Below, one piece after another: positions 27,257 to 46,714 of a DNA stretch of 64,000 nucleotides (positions are counted from its first letter, which is position 1; every line of letters begins with the position of its first letter). The stretch comes from the human T2T-CHM13v2.0 reference genome, Homo sapiens, in the NCBI RefSeq assembly GCF_009914755.1, contig NC_060925.1. The stretch is one strand, 5' to 3'. The translations under genes and the position numbers were made by a program. Under the pieces are notes generated by a model. That model was not told where the DNA came from and searched no databases. It worked only from the letters and a program-made list of their open reading frames with translations.

Positions 27257-29056
27257 TAGTAAGGGCCAAACAGTGAAGGGAAATGCTGTCCTGGCCACTG
27301 CATGGTGTTGTTAGCTGAGTTTTAAGAACACGATACTCCTCACTGATCATATTCATGTCACAGAAACAGCAGGATAGGTGCAAGATCAGTAAAGCTGTCT
27401 TTCTATATTCTGCACAACTTTTGGGCCTAGCAACATGTTATTGAACCACTCTACAGCAGAGGAATAATTTCCCGATAACTTTGGGGAAGCACATTATGCG
27501 CCAATGTTGGTAGTGCACTGAGCTATACCCGCAGTTGAGGCGCAGGGGAGAGAATGGCATCCTGGAGGGGAACAGTAGCAGCTCAAATGCAAGGGGCTTG
27601 GCAGCGGAGGCAGAGATCAGGCAGCAGAGTGTTAAGGACAGTCCAGACTGAGCAACAGTGTGAACCCAGCATTAACTGGTGGTGCAGAGGATGGCAGGTG
27701 GACAGGTGAGCCAAGGATCAGGGCATCAGGTTCAGTATAAGCAAAGAGTGGTGCTGGAGCAAGCAGTGTCCCAGGTGGAACATTTAAGATTAGCCTGGAG
27801 CAAAGAAATGGCGGCGGTCTGAATTCAACCTTGGAACAATCTGTTCCAGGAGCATAAGAGCTGGACCCTGAGTGCAGAGTTCTGTTAAAAGATGTGTTGA
27901 ATTTTGAAATGTGGTCTGAGCTCCCTCTGTTACATGGGTGGACGGTATCAACCTCTGGATACTAAGCTTTAAATGTAAAGGTGTCCTTATTGTCTCTACA
28001 GCCAGTGAAGTACAGGAACACTGACAATGTGAAAGCTCTCCTTCAGAATATGTTCTTTAAAGCACATTTCAAAGCACATACTTATAAAATAGCCCTTGTA
28101 GAATGCCATTAAATCTGGGCACACTGCCAAATGGAACATGACAGGAAATAGTGGGTCTGGAGATATTCAAGGCTAGCCGGAGTCTTTCCACTAATCACCA
28201 TCAATGGGCTCTCGAAAAGGCTCTGACCAACCCCTAAATCCAGGTTCCCAGAGGAAAGCTCTGTCCTAGGAAGGCCTTTGGAAGCTCACTGTGTTCTGCT
28301 CTTACTTGGAGAGCAGCATGCAGCACTGGAGCCTAGAAATTCCAAAGACCTCTGGGTGGCTGCCTTGGTTCAGAGAATCCAGAGGAGCAGGTAGAAAAGG
28401 CACAGGAATAGGAGAGAGGTGACTGAGACCCTGGTCCTGTCACTGCGAGGGACTAGCTGCTTGGCCTGACTTCCTACCTCTCTGTATTTGTTTCTTCTAT
28501 CTTATAGCAGAACTGATATACAACTTTCTGACCTCCCAGGAATGTGAAGATCGTAAGTGTGTCTTGAAAAGGTTCAAGCTTACAAACATAAAAGGCATCA
28601 TCTGTGTAGTTCAATCACTTCGCAAGGAGCACCAAGTCCCATTTGTTCATGGGAAATTTACTGAGTTTCTTTGATATTCCCTGGACTGCTAGGCATCGGG
28701 CAGATGTAAAGAGTTGTAATTCATTGTTCTCCTCCTCGAGAAACCCACAAAAATCCTATAATACAGTGAGAGAATTACTATTCCAAAAGTAAGTAAAAAG
28801 TATCAGAAACACAAAGAGAGCACATAAGAAGGTTTGCTACAGCAATATTCAAACTCATGAAAACAACCTAATAGTCTGATAATAAAGAATTGAATAGATT
28901 ACAAAATATTCACATGATAGAATACTAGTTATTAAATGGAAGTTTTTATGAAGTTTTTTGACGATATGAAGACATTTTAATGATATTGTTTAATGGAAAT
29001 GAAGTATACAAAGTAGGATTTGGTGGAATAAGCTGTGCTAAAATTGATCTCATGAA

Positions 29057-31061
<2,005 letters not shown>

Positions 31062-31071
31062 GGGGGTTGGA

Positions 31072-31084
31072 GCCAAGATGGCCG
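31072..31084 (+). promoter_or_regulatory. L1 5'UTR YY1 site
   Basis: GCCAAGATGGCCG intact at the canonical position. Confidence 0.8.
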
Positions 31085-31332
31085 AATAGGAACTGCTCCA
31101 GTGTACAGCTCCCAGCCTGAGCGATGCAGAAGACGAATGATTTCTGCATTTCCAACTGAGGTACCAGGTTCATCTCACTGGGGATTGTCAGAGAGTGGGT
31201 GCAGGACAGTGGGTGCAGCGCACCAAACTTGAGCCAAAGCAGGGCGAGGCATCACCTCACCCGGGAAGTGCAAGGGGTCAGGGAATTCCCTTTCCTAGCC
31301 AAGGAAAGGGGTGACAGACCGCACCTGGAAAA

Positions 31333-31515
31333 TCAGGTCACTCCCACCTTAATACTGCACTTTTCCAACGGTCTTAGCAAACGGCACACCAGGAGATTGT
31401 ATCCCGTGCCTGGCTCAGAGGGTCCTACACCCATGGAGCCTTGCTCATTGCTAGCACAGCAGTCTGAGATCAAACTGCAAGGCAGCAGTGAGGCTGGGGG
31501 AGGGGCGCCTGCCAT
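31333..31515 (-). CDS. ORF0: L1 antisense ORF0, shortened to 60 aa
   Basis: MAGAPPPASLLPCSLISDCCASN...GVGPSEPG...KVGVT* matches primate L1 ORF0 with an early stop. Confidence 0.7.
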   Translation of the reverse strand: MAGAPPPASLLPCSLISDCCASNEQGSMGVGPSEPGTGYNLLVCRLLRPLEKCSIKVGVT

Positions 31516-32090
31516 TGCTGAGGCTTGAGTAGGTAAACAAAGCAGCTGGGAAGCTCGAACTGGGTGGAGCCCACCACAGCTCAAGGAGGCCTGCCTGCCT
31601 CTGTAGACTGCACCTCTGGGGGCAGGGCATAGCCAAACAAAAGGCAGCAGAAACGTCTGCAGACTTAAATGTCCCTGTTTGACAGCTTTGAAGACAGTAG
31701 TGGTTCTCCCAGCACAGAGCTTGAGATCTGAGAACAGACAGACTGCCTCCTCAAGTGGGTCCCTGACCCCTGAGTAGCCTAACTGAGAGGCACCCCCTAG
31801 TAGGGGCAGACTGACACCTCACACGGCCAGGTACTCCTCTCAGACAAAACTTCCAGAGGAACGATCAGGCAGCAACATTTGCTGTTCACCAGTATCCACT
31901 GTTCTGCAGCCTCCACTGCTGATACTCAGGAAAACAGGGTCTGGAGTGGACCTCCAGCAAACACCAACTGACTTGCAGCTGAGGGTCCTGATTGTTAGAA
32001 GGAAAACTAACAAACAGAAAGGACATCCACAACAAAACCCCATCTGTATGTCACCATCATCAAAGACCAAAGGTAGATAAAACCACAAAG

Positions 32091-33106
32091 ATGGGGAAAA
32101 ACAGAGCAGAAAAACTGAAAATTCTAAAAATCAGAGCGCCTCTCCTCCTCCAAAGGAATGCAACTCCTCACCAGCAACAGAACAAAGCTGGACGGAGAAT
32201 GACTTTGACAAGTTGAGAGAAGAAGGCTTCAGACAATCAAACTATTCCAACCTAAAGGAGCAAGTTCGAACCCATGGCAAAGAAGTTAAAAACCTTGAAA
32301 AAAGATTAGATGAATGGCTAACTACAATAACCAATGCAGAGAAGTCCTTAAAGGACCTGATGGAGCTGAAAACCACGGCACAAGAACTATGTGACGAATG
32401 CACAAGCCTCAGTAGCTGATTTGATCAACTGGAAGAAAGGGTATCAGTGATGGAAGATCAAATGAATGAAATGAAGTGAGAAGAGAAGTTTAGAGAAAAA
32501 AGAATAAAAAGAAACAAACAAAGCCTCCAAGAAATATGGGACTATGTGAAAAGACCAAATCTATGTCTGATTGGTGTACCTGAAAGTAATGGGGAGAATG
32601 GAACCAAGTTGGAAAACACTCTACAGGATATTATCCAGGAGAACTTCCCCAACCTAGCAAGGCAGGCCAACATTCAAATTCAGGAAATACAGAGAATGCC
32701 ACAAAGATACTCCTCGAGAAGAGCAACTCCAAGACACATAATTGTCAGATTCACCAAAGTTGAAATGAAGGAAAAAATGTTAAGGGCAGCCAGAGAGAAA
32801 GGTCGTGTTACCCACAAAGGGAAGCCCATCACACTAATAGCTGATCTCTCGGCAGAAACTCTACAAGCCAGAAGAGAGTGGGGGTCAATATTCAACATTC
32901 TTACAGAAAATAATTTTCAACCCAGAATTTCATATCCAGCCAAACTAAGCTTCATAAGTGAAGGAGAAATAAAATACTTTACAGACAAGCAAATGCTGAG
33001 AAATTTTGTCACCACCAGGCCTGCCCTACAAGAGCTCCTGAAGGAAGCACTAAACATGGAAAGGAACAGCCGGTACCAGCCACTGCAAAAACATGCCAAA
33101 TTGTAA
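32091..33106 (+). pseudogene. L1 ORF1p, disrupted
   Basis: ATG at 32091 with an early A-run frameshift and internal stops; C-terminal RPNL..IGVPE to YQPLQKHAKL intact. Confidence 0.95.
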
Positions 33107-33169
33107 AGACCATCAAGGCTAGGAAGAAACTGCATCAACTAACGAGCAAAACAACCAGCTAACATCCTA

Positions 33170-36995
<3,826 letters not shown>

Positions 36996-37319
36996 ACAAT
37001 AAGAACACATGGACACCGGAAGGGGAACATCACACCCCGGGGTCTGTTGTGGGGTGGCAGCAGGGGGGAGGGATAGCATTAGGAGATATACTTAATGTTA
37101 AATGACGAGTTAATGGGTGCAGCACACCAACATGGCACATGTATACATATGTAACAAACCTGCACGTTGTGCACATGTACCCTAAAACTTAAAGTATATA
37201 TATAAAAAAAAGTGACCAAAGAAAAAAAAGAAAATGTGGCACATGAATACCAGAATATACTATTTGGTAGTACTTCTCAGCAGTAAAAAGTAATAGACTC
37301 CACATGCAAATAAAACTAC

Positions 37320-38900
37320 CAAAAAACAAATATAAAGGAGGAATTTCAACATAGATCTTACACCTTTCACAAAAGTTAACTCAAAGTGGATCATAGATAT
37401 AGAAACAAAACACAGAACTATAAAACTCCTAGAAAATAATACAGGAGCAAATCTAGGTGACCTTGGGTTTGGTGATGACTTTTTAGATACAATATCAAAG
37501 GCACAATCCACAAAAGAAGTAATTGATAACTTAGACTTTACTAAAGTTAAACATCTCTGTTTTGTTAAAGATACTATCAAGAGAATGAAAAGACAAGCCA
37601 CAAACTGGGAAAATAATCTTTGCAAAATACACAACTGATGGACTGGTATCTAAAATACACTAAGAACTCCTAAAACTCAATGATAACAACCAACCAAATT
37701 TTAAAATGAGCAAAAGATCTGAACAGATACCTCACTAAAGAAGGTATACAGATGGCATAAAAGCACATTAGAAGATTTTCAACATTGTATTTCTTTAGAG
37801 AATTAATTTATAATCTCTATGTATTTATGTATATTGTATGTATATCATTTTGTAGGTTGTTTTTATGTGTATAATTTATATGTATATATTGTATGTACAT
37901 GTATGTATATCATTTTTGTATATTGATCTTATATTTCATGACCTTGCTAAATTTACTTAATAGTAGCTGTTTTTTAAAACATGTATGTATGTAGGTGTGC
38001 AGTGAGATACCACTACATACCTATTAGAAAGGCGGAGATCCAAAACACTGACAATATCAATGCTCACAAAGATGTGGAGCAACAGGAACTCTCATTAATT
38101 GCTAGTGGGAATGCAAAATGGTACAGCCACTTTGAAAAACAGTTTGGCAGTTTCTTATGAAACTGAACATTCTATTAACATATCATCTAGCAATTGCACC
38201 CCTAGGTATTTACCCAAATGAGCTGAAAACTTATATCCACACAAAAATGTGCATACTGATGTTAACAGCAGCTTTATTTATAATTGCCCAAACTTGGAAG
38301 CAATCAAGATGTCCTTCAAGGGATTAATGGATAAATAAACTGGTATAGGTATACAATAGAATATTATTCAGCACTAAAAGGAAATAAGCTATCATGCTTA
38401 TGGAGACATGAGGTATCATGACATGGAGACACCTTAAATGCATATTGCTAAGTGAAAGAATCCAATCTGAAAAGGGTAGCCTTTTAAATACTAAGTGATT
38501 CCAATGACATTCTGGAAAAGGCAAAACTATGGATACAGTAAAAATACTGATCATTAGTGGCCAAGGGCTCAGGGGAGGAAGGGATGAACAGGTGAAACTA
38601 TTGTGATGGCAGTGAAACTATTGTGTAGGATATTATGACGGTGGATATATGCCATTACATATTTGCCAAAACCCATGAAATGTACAACACAATCAGCGAA
38701 CCTTAATGTAAACTATGGACTTTAGTTAACCATACTGTATCAATATTGGCTCATCAATTACAACATTAGTGTAACACACTAATGCAAGATATTAATGATA
38801 AGGGAAGCTGTCAGGGAAGGGATGAGGGAGTATTTGGGAACTTTCTGTACTTTCTGTTCAATTTTTCTGTAAACATAAAACTCGTCTAAAAGTAAAGACT
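37320..38900 (+). mobile_element. L1MC-type 3' fragment
   Basis: AAACTCCTAGAAAATAATACAGGAG, CCTTAATGTAAACTATGGACTTT, GGGAACTTTCTGTACTTTCTG 3' end. Confidence 0.85.
37805..38000. repeat. Complex AT/TG-rich insertion containing a perfect 69-bp inverted copy (37910-37978) of 29288-29356
   Basis: Base-by-base reverse-complement identity 69/69; flanked by iterated TATGTATAT motifs. Confidence 0.92.
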
Positions 38901-39009
38901 CTTTTTTAAAATTATAGTACTGATGATTAAAACTTGAAAATGAATTCTAGTAATAGTAGCAACAAGAATGTGAAATCAAGCAAATATTTGAGGAAGTAAA
39001 TCTCTGTAA

Positions 39010-39372
39010 GAAACCAAAGGAATGAACTATTGACATCTGCAACAATATGGATCTATTTCAAAAATATGATAATGAGTGAAAGAAGCCAGACACAAATGAG
39101 TACATGCTCTGTGATCCTATTTATTCAAAGCCCTAGTATAGGCAAAACTCATCTCCAGTGACAGAAACCAGATCAGTGGCAGAGAGCTGGGAAAGGGTTT
39201 TTTTCAGAGGAGCATGAGTGAGTCCATCATCCGTCCCTTTTTGGGGTGATGGAGGCATTATATATCTTGATTGAGATGTTGGTAATATGAATTATGACAT
39301 TTTTCAAAATTCATCTAACTGTGCATTTTATTGAATGTAAGTCACACCTCGATACATTTGATTAAAAAAAAA
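39010..39372 (+). mobile_element. Old L1M 3' end
   Basis: AGGAATGAACTATTGAC, GAGTGAAAGAAGCCAGACACAA, TGCATTTTATTGAATGTAAG, A tail. Confidence 0.75.
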
Positions 39373-39490
39373 ACAGAGAAAAAACAGAGATGCTGCAACC
39401 AGAGAGAGAGAGAAAAAGGGAAGGAGAGACAGAGGAAGGACAGGAAGGAGGGAGGAAGGGAGAGAGAAGAGGAAGAGGCAGCGAAAGAGG
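39373..39490. repeat. GA-rich low-complexity tract
   Basis: Directly visible. Confidence 0.7.
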
Positions 39491-42216
39491 ATGAGCTATA
39501 TTGTAATAAAACATTAGCAAAAATAATTACTTCAGGAAATGGATTTGCAGGTGATTTTTATTTTCTTCTGAAGACTTTTCTACATTTCCATTTTAACACT
39601 GAATGTGTATTCCTTTTGTAAGAAAAATGTTACATTAAAAAACAATAAGCATACCATTATAAAAAGAAAGGAAGGGAAAGGGAGGGACATGGGTGAGGAA
39701 TCCTCGTTCATTGTGGCAGTTTAGCCAGAAAGTATTCAGGGCAGTTGGTATTTGTGTTGGCTCTTACAGAATCAACAGAATTTCAAAGGATTTCACCAAG
39801 CCTCGACAAAAGGAGAGATCATTTCCCGCAGAAGGAACAACTGCAGAAGAGCATGTGGAGGATGCACTGGTAATACATAGAAATGAGCTTTCTTGAGATA
39901 GGAGATTGAAATTGTAAGATTGAAAGGATGAAGCTTCTTTGTCACCAGATTCTTGACTGAAGCAGAGAGAAAGGTTCCATTCACATCAGGCATTAGAGGA
40001 GCCATTCGAACTTTTAAGAGATCCACTAAAATGGGAATGGCAGTCCCGTCTGTGCAAGAGCACCATCTGAAGCTTCCTCTCCACACAGGAACTGTGACAT
40101 CCATGAGTTCTGATGCCTCAATGCCCATCATCAAAGAATGATGCTAATAACCCTTAGTGAGAACCATGGCTCCAGAAGCAGTCTCTGTTAGGTTTGAGTC
40201 TTACTGGTGATTTTCCACCATCTGTTACCAGAAGTTCGTTTCTTACCACACGGCTTTTATGTAGTCATTTGTAATAAACCCAGAAATTCAAAAATCAGCA
40301 AGCTGTTTCATGGCTCTTTGGAGACCACTGTTTTGCAAAAGTGTTCTAAAATAAACCAAATACCATTTTTTAATTGTATTGTAATTATGTGTGCACATAC
40401 AAATTTTCTTTCAGTCTTTCTCTTAAATATAAACTTTCAAAACTATACCTCGAACACAGGATTACTAATTTTTGGCCCTCTTCGGTTTTGTTCAGTTACA
40501 CATTTTCTTAATAACATATATTTTTAATTCTCTTCACTGAATGTCTAGGTTCCTCATTTGCTGCATCAAAACGTTCATTTATTATATAAACTTGATTTCT
40601 AAAACACTGAATATTGGGGCTACATGGCAATGCCTCGGTTCTCAGCAACCTTTGTGTAGAACCCACATCTGCATTACAGAATTCCTCAATGTTCATCTCT
40701 TTTTTAATCTTGAGGATTTCAATATCTCTTTAATACTGTGTAGAGAAAACCTACCGCTACGTCATACCCTAATGCTTCTCAGACTGTGATGCTCCCTGAA
40801 GCCTTGGCAACAGTAGACCCTGGGGTTCCGAAAATTTGGAGGAGCGCCTTAGGTTTGCATTCCTAATAAAATCCGTGGTGATGCTCCTTCCTGCTTCCTC
40901 TTTGTAAAGCACATTTTGAATAACAAGGCTTAGCAGGAGCTTCTTGCACACCAGGCTTTGATGTTTCCCCCCACATATACCTTTGGGACATGACAGTCTC
41001 CTCCTTTCAGACACATTTTATTCCCTTGATCTTCACTAAGTTATTCTTCAGGCTCAACTGATCTAAATTATATTTCTAATTCCCACTGCTAATCTTGTAT
41101 TCTTAGAATTTCTTGGCATCTTCTCCAGCTTTAATATTCGTTCATTTTCATATTCTGAGTTCAGTATACTTACCTACAGCAACTTCTTTCTCTGTCTTAG
41201 ACCTTTCGAGTCCACATTCACTAATCTCTTTCAAGTTGAGTATTTTCCTGAGTTGTTGATCATAATTCTAGAAGAGAACATTGAAAAAACTTCCTCTTTT
41301 CCATATTACTTATATATAGATAGACATTTAGATACAGAGATATGTATAATAGATACATGAAGAAACGTGTGCATGTGCGCACACACACACATAAACACAC
41401 AATTACATAGATGCCTTAGAAAACACCACTGTCAACCCTTTACAAGGCAAACACAGTGGATATAGTCCAGCTACACTGAACTCAAAATTCAATTCCATAA
41501 GACAGTAGAAAAACAAAAAATAGTAAACACGTATATTATATCTAAATACTTTAAATATTTAAATCATATCATGAATTGGGTTCTGCTCCACAAAGAAAAT
41601 TTTCCAGATATCCCATTGTTTTCTTGTGCTCTCAACCTTCTCTAGTCTCATTTGTCAGTTTTATGTTGCCTCATTCTTTCTCCTGAAACTCAGTCTTCAG
41701 ATTTTCTATGTCCTCATTCTGTGGCACTGTGTTCTCCATTTTGATAATTTACTTCAGGCCATCCTTAGATGCTCTAATACTTCCCTTGATATTAATAGGA
41801 TTTTGTCTCCATGAAACTGTTGGAGTAACTTTCCACACATATTCTTAACATTTGGCTCATTTATCCCTTCCTTCTTCACCTCCATTCTTATAATGCTGCA
41901 ATTATCAAAATTTTATAGACCTTGGAGCTCAAGAATGCTAGACATTTATCACAGGCTTGAAATTCACAATCCATCTCTTTGGCTGGTCACAATCTTTTTT
42001 ATCTGTATGAATGACATATCAAGTGCAACACATCTATTTATTTCTTATTTTCCTCATAGTCTACTAATTTTTAGTATAGCAAACAGTCTCTTATGAGGGT
42101 GTCTACTGTCAATGAACACAGCCAAGAGTTCTATGAATGCTCCTATGCTCCTCTGCTGTTCACCTCTCCTCCCCAGCCACCAGTGTGAAAGAACAGATAA
42201 AAATAGTGTACACGGT

Positions 42217-42528
42217 GGCCAGGCACGTGGCTCACACCTGTAATCCCAGCACCTTGGGAGGTCGAGGCACGTGGATCACCTGAGGTCAGGAGTTCGAGAC
42301 CTGCCTGGCCAACATAGTGAAACCCTGTCTCTACTAAAAAAAAAACAAATACTAAAAATTAGCTGGGCATGGTGGTGGGTGCCTGTAATCCCAGCTACTC
42401 AGGAGATTGAGGCAGGACAATCGCTTGAGCCCGGGAGGCAGAGGTTTCAGTAAGCCGAGATCACACCATTGCACTCCAGTATGGATAACAAGAGCAAAAC
42501 TCCGTCTCAAAAAAAAAAAAAAAGAAAA
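42217..42528 (+). mobile_element. AluS (Sq-like)
   Basis: Full dimer and poly-A. Confidence 0.95.
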
Positions 42529-42629
42529 GAGATAGAATACAACATCATATACTGTTACTATGGTATTGCAAACTATAACAATGCCATGTATCTGAAAAAT
42601 TTGCAAAGCAACCTACATGGTTTACTACG

Positions 42630-42994
42630 TGTCTTAGTCCAGGCTGCGATAACAGACTACCCTAGACTAAGTGGCTTAAGCAAAATATATTTATGTCTCA
42701 CAGTTCTGGAGGCTGGGAAGTCCAAGAACAAGGCACCAATAGATCCAGTGCCTGAGGAAGACACACATCCTGGTTTGCAGACATCTGTTGTCTCCGTGTA
42801 TTCTCATGCAGCTGAGAGAGAAAATCACCCCTCTTATGTTTCTTCTTATAAGTGCATTAATCCTATTCATGAGAGTGCCACCCTCATGACCTAATCACCT
42901 CCCAAAGGCTCTACTTCCTAAAACCATCACATGGGAGGTAGGATTTCAATATATGAATTTGGGAGGGGGAACCACAAACATTCAGTCCATAACA
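42630..42994 (-). mobile_element. MaLR solo LTR (MLT1A0-like)
   Basis: TGTCTTAGTCC...ACATTCAGTCCATAACA; 5-bp TSD CTA(C/T)G. Confidence 0.9.
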
Positions 42995-44044
42995 CTATGT
43001 TTTGAATACACTGCAAAAGAAAAAAGCAAGAAACCAACCTGACCTATATCCATTTCTGCTAAGGCTCACTAGAAAAGAAATATTTTAATTCTTACTATAA
43101 TAGTTTAGGATATCTCGCAAAACCATAAAAGTTGGCAATTTTCATATATTCTATTCAGAATGTCTTACTTGCCAATTACCCTTCCTGTCATACACATAGG
43201 GACCTTGGTCACACACCACAGTCTTCCCAAAATGAGAGGAAAGGGCAACCTGTGGACTTGACTATTAAAAAGAAAAAACTGGGAAACCCCACAAGATGAA
43301 GGGGTTGGCCCACAAGCTGGGAGGCCACGCAGCGAATGTCTGAAGCCTTCATGCTGAAGCCTCGACATGCAGGGGTCAGAACAGGAGGAGAGAGGCGAGC
43401 ACCGGGTTATGCTTCTGGACAGCGTCCATTCAAAGGGTCAGAGGGAAATTTTCATGTTGCAGAAGAGGAGGGCCAGAACAAATGAGACACCTTTGGCAGG
43501 GAGGACTGGTAGAAGCCAGGGACAAGCAGTCAGTTTCGCCAGCCCCCTGCCCTCGCCGCCACCTCCAAAGCTGGAGGCTGCCACATGGCCACCGAGGATA
43601 GCTGGAGAGAGGACGGGCTTGTCTAGAAAGCAGCCCCAGGGAGCTGCCAGGATGGGCCCTGTGGGACTCAGAACTCACTACTCTCACCCACACACATGCC
43701 CTCTGGGGCCTCCAGCAGAGGATAGTTACAGACCATCCATGTTCAGCATCCCCTGGTGCCGGGAAGGCTCCATGGGGTCAGTCCCACAAGCAGTGCTCCA
43801 GCAGAGAGGAACCCATAACATGAAGGACTGGAAATAATATGCACAACCGCTTTCTTTTTAGTATTCTTGACTGCAAAAATCCCTTCTCATAGCTAAGCTC
43901 TGTCGAAAAGGAATTAAGCAATGAGTTCTAACCTAAAATATCGCTCTTGAGAGTGAGCTCAGGTAGCTCAGAAAACTTCCTTTTTATCTTTCACCATCTC
44001 TAATAATTGCATTTATTTGCCTTTGCATTGGTATGCTTCATGTT

Positions 44045-44128
44045 TCCCTTCCCTCCCCTCCCCTCCCCTCCCTTCCCCTCTCCTCCCCTCTCCTCCGCTC
44101 TCCTCCCCTCTCCTCCCCTCTCCTCTCT
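44045..44128. repeat. (CCCCT/CCTCT)n polypyrimidine tract
   Basis: Directly visible. Confidence 0.9.
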
Positions 44129-46714
44129 CGATTCTAAGTTTTGGTGTCCTTCCTGACTTTTCTTCCTTCCTAATTCTAACTCGGGCCAAATGGCACTCAC
44201 ATCCCCTTTTCCCAGGCTATGCAAGATGCTGTCCTACCGCAGGCCCTATAGAACGCCTGTTCTGTACACCAGGCACACTTAGGCATGTGGCAGCCCCCAT
44301 TTAAATGCTCCACAGAGCTACGTGAACTGCCTGCCACATGCAGGTCTGCAGCAGCCTCCCTCTGCTTTTGGATAAAGGCTTTAAGCTGATGGTTTATCCC
44401 AGTTTCTGCAGACATGGTTTTCCCATCACTTCTGCCATCCCATCCCCTCTTCCTGCTCTAAGTCTGTCCCTACGGCCTGGATCACTGACTCTCACTGTGT
44501 ACCTCCTGGAGCACACATCTCCCCGCCTCTAGCCAACATATCTACCTCTGCACTAGGCTTTACAGAGCAGAACCTGCTGGTGTTTGCGGTTGCTTGCTGG
44601 ATACTACCTCAAACCCCAGCCAAGGTTTATTTTATGTTCCAAAATGACCACAAACTGTCCCAAACTCACATCTGACTCTTTCATCCAGAGAGTCTCAATA
44701 ACTGAAAAAGAACTTCACCCTATTATCACCAATCCTTTCTTTATGAGGGCTCTTCCATAATAATCTTGATATAACTCATGGTCTATATTTTTCATTCTGC
44801 AAAACTTTAGTGGGCTATTTGAAAATTGGCTGACACAACCCCCAATTTTTTTTTCTTTTCTGTTTTTTTTTTTTTGCTGTTTTGTCCTGTGTCAGTTTTC
44901 TGTCCCTTACTAATGTCCTGCAGTTGGTCCCTAAGTCCTCCCTTGAAAGTGGGAGCCTGTATGGTTATCTAAGTGACCACATTCCTGAGAAGCAGCAGGA
45001 AATAGTGCTATTACTCTATCTTAGGTATAAAATGACTATTCTCACAAGCACACCACTTAACCAAGTCAAGCAGACAGTTCTGCCTCAACTGAAACCCATA
45101 CTTAGCAGAAGATGACATAAACTAGATTTTGCTTCTTGCCTTCAGAAGCACAAACCAAATGCCTTCATTGTCTAATTGACAAAGTCCTCTCCAATCTCCC
45201 CCAACCAGTGCCCAGCTGGGAACCATGTGGATGCTCAAAAAATGCTTGTTCACCAGTTTCCAGCACCCAAGGGCCCCATGGGAAGGACTTAGCTAGACGG
45301 ACACCACTTCTTCCAGCAGGAGGTCCATTGATTTTTGTTTGTTTGTTTGTTTTCCAAACAGAGAATAAGAAAAGTTTTAGAAGAATTGGATTCCAAACAA
45401 GTTCATGAATGAAAAAGCAGTGAAGACACGAGCTGTAAGCAGTATCCCAGGGAGAAACACAAGCAAAGACGTAGCAACCCTTCTAAAATTAGCAAGGAAA
45501 TAATATGTTCAATGTTACTGAGATGTTATTTCTATTTTAGAACGTCTTTACCATAATTTTCTTACAGACATATTAGTGTTCAAGGAAAATTGGTGAACAA
45601 ATAAGTGGGTGAAGAATAAAAATGGAAAAAAATAGAATGTTAACAAGGAGAGAAGAGATCTAGGGAACAGAATGTGATTAGTTTGATTTCTAATCTCTAA
45701 CAATCACTGGTTAAAAATCAATACCACCTCATCTAGAGTTAGGCTGCTTGTGGCACAGAGAACACTGATTTAAAGTAACAATGTTTGCATTCTTCATTCA
45801 AATATTAGAGACTACCATCATCTATCATCAGACCCCCTAGGGAAACATCATATGTTATTATAAAAAGCAGATGAAATAATAACAAGAGGTCCTAACCTTC
45901 CACATGTTGTCGTGTTTCATGTTTAATTATATAACCATAACACCCCCATTACTTTTGGCATCAAATTGGTGTAATGTAAATAAGAAATTATTACCAGAAC
46001 TTAAATTCAAATGTTCCCTTTTGCTTTAGCAATTATCATTGGCAAGGAAAGTGTATTTGTTCTTTAGTGCCTCTGTTGTACAACCAGGGACATTCCTAGA
46101 CCAAAATAATATCTGAGAACACTGGATTACGTTCCAACCAGAAAATGTTTGCAATGGGGGAAAAAAATCAGAGAACTAAAATAAGCTTAATTCTCTTTTA
46201 AACTGTGTAAGGGAGATAAAGCCAAGAAGAAAGGGAAAAAAAACCTGTCTTGCTTGAATTTTTGCTCTCCTAAGATGGAAGGCAACTTTGAAGAAAATAA
46301 TACTCCACACAATTACTCTTGAAAAAGTCAGTTTCAACTTCAGTAGGCACAGATTGACATCCCTTTCAGTAATTTTATAAAATGGAGGTTTTTGCTATTT
46401 AATGTCATATAAGGTAATGATTTAATAGCTTCTACCACAGCCTTATCAAACATCACTTGATTATGTTCCCACTGGCAGTTTTTTAAAAAGCATTTCTGGA
46501 TAGATTCACTTTCTTTGCACTTCATTAGACTTTGCGAGATTGTTTCTATCAGAGGACTAAGTGAAACCACAGTTTAAAAGTTACCAATATTGTCATTTAT
46601 AATTCTCTTTCATTTTTTTTCATATACACAACACACACATCAGAATATGTATACAATTGGTGTCTTTAGGGATATCTAAAGAAGCTCAGAACTCTAGAAC
46701 AGTCCTTAAAGGAT

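Noticed and set aside
27490-27880. Possible ancient Gypsy-type LTR
   Set aside because: Resemblance too vague to support a call without a profile search
39793-40141. 113-aa minus-strand ORF as a host exon
   Set aside because: No recognisable homology; part of it resembles a degraded L2 fragment
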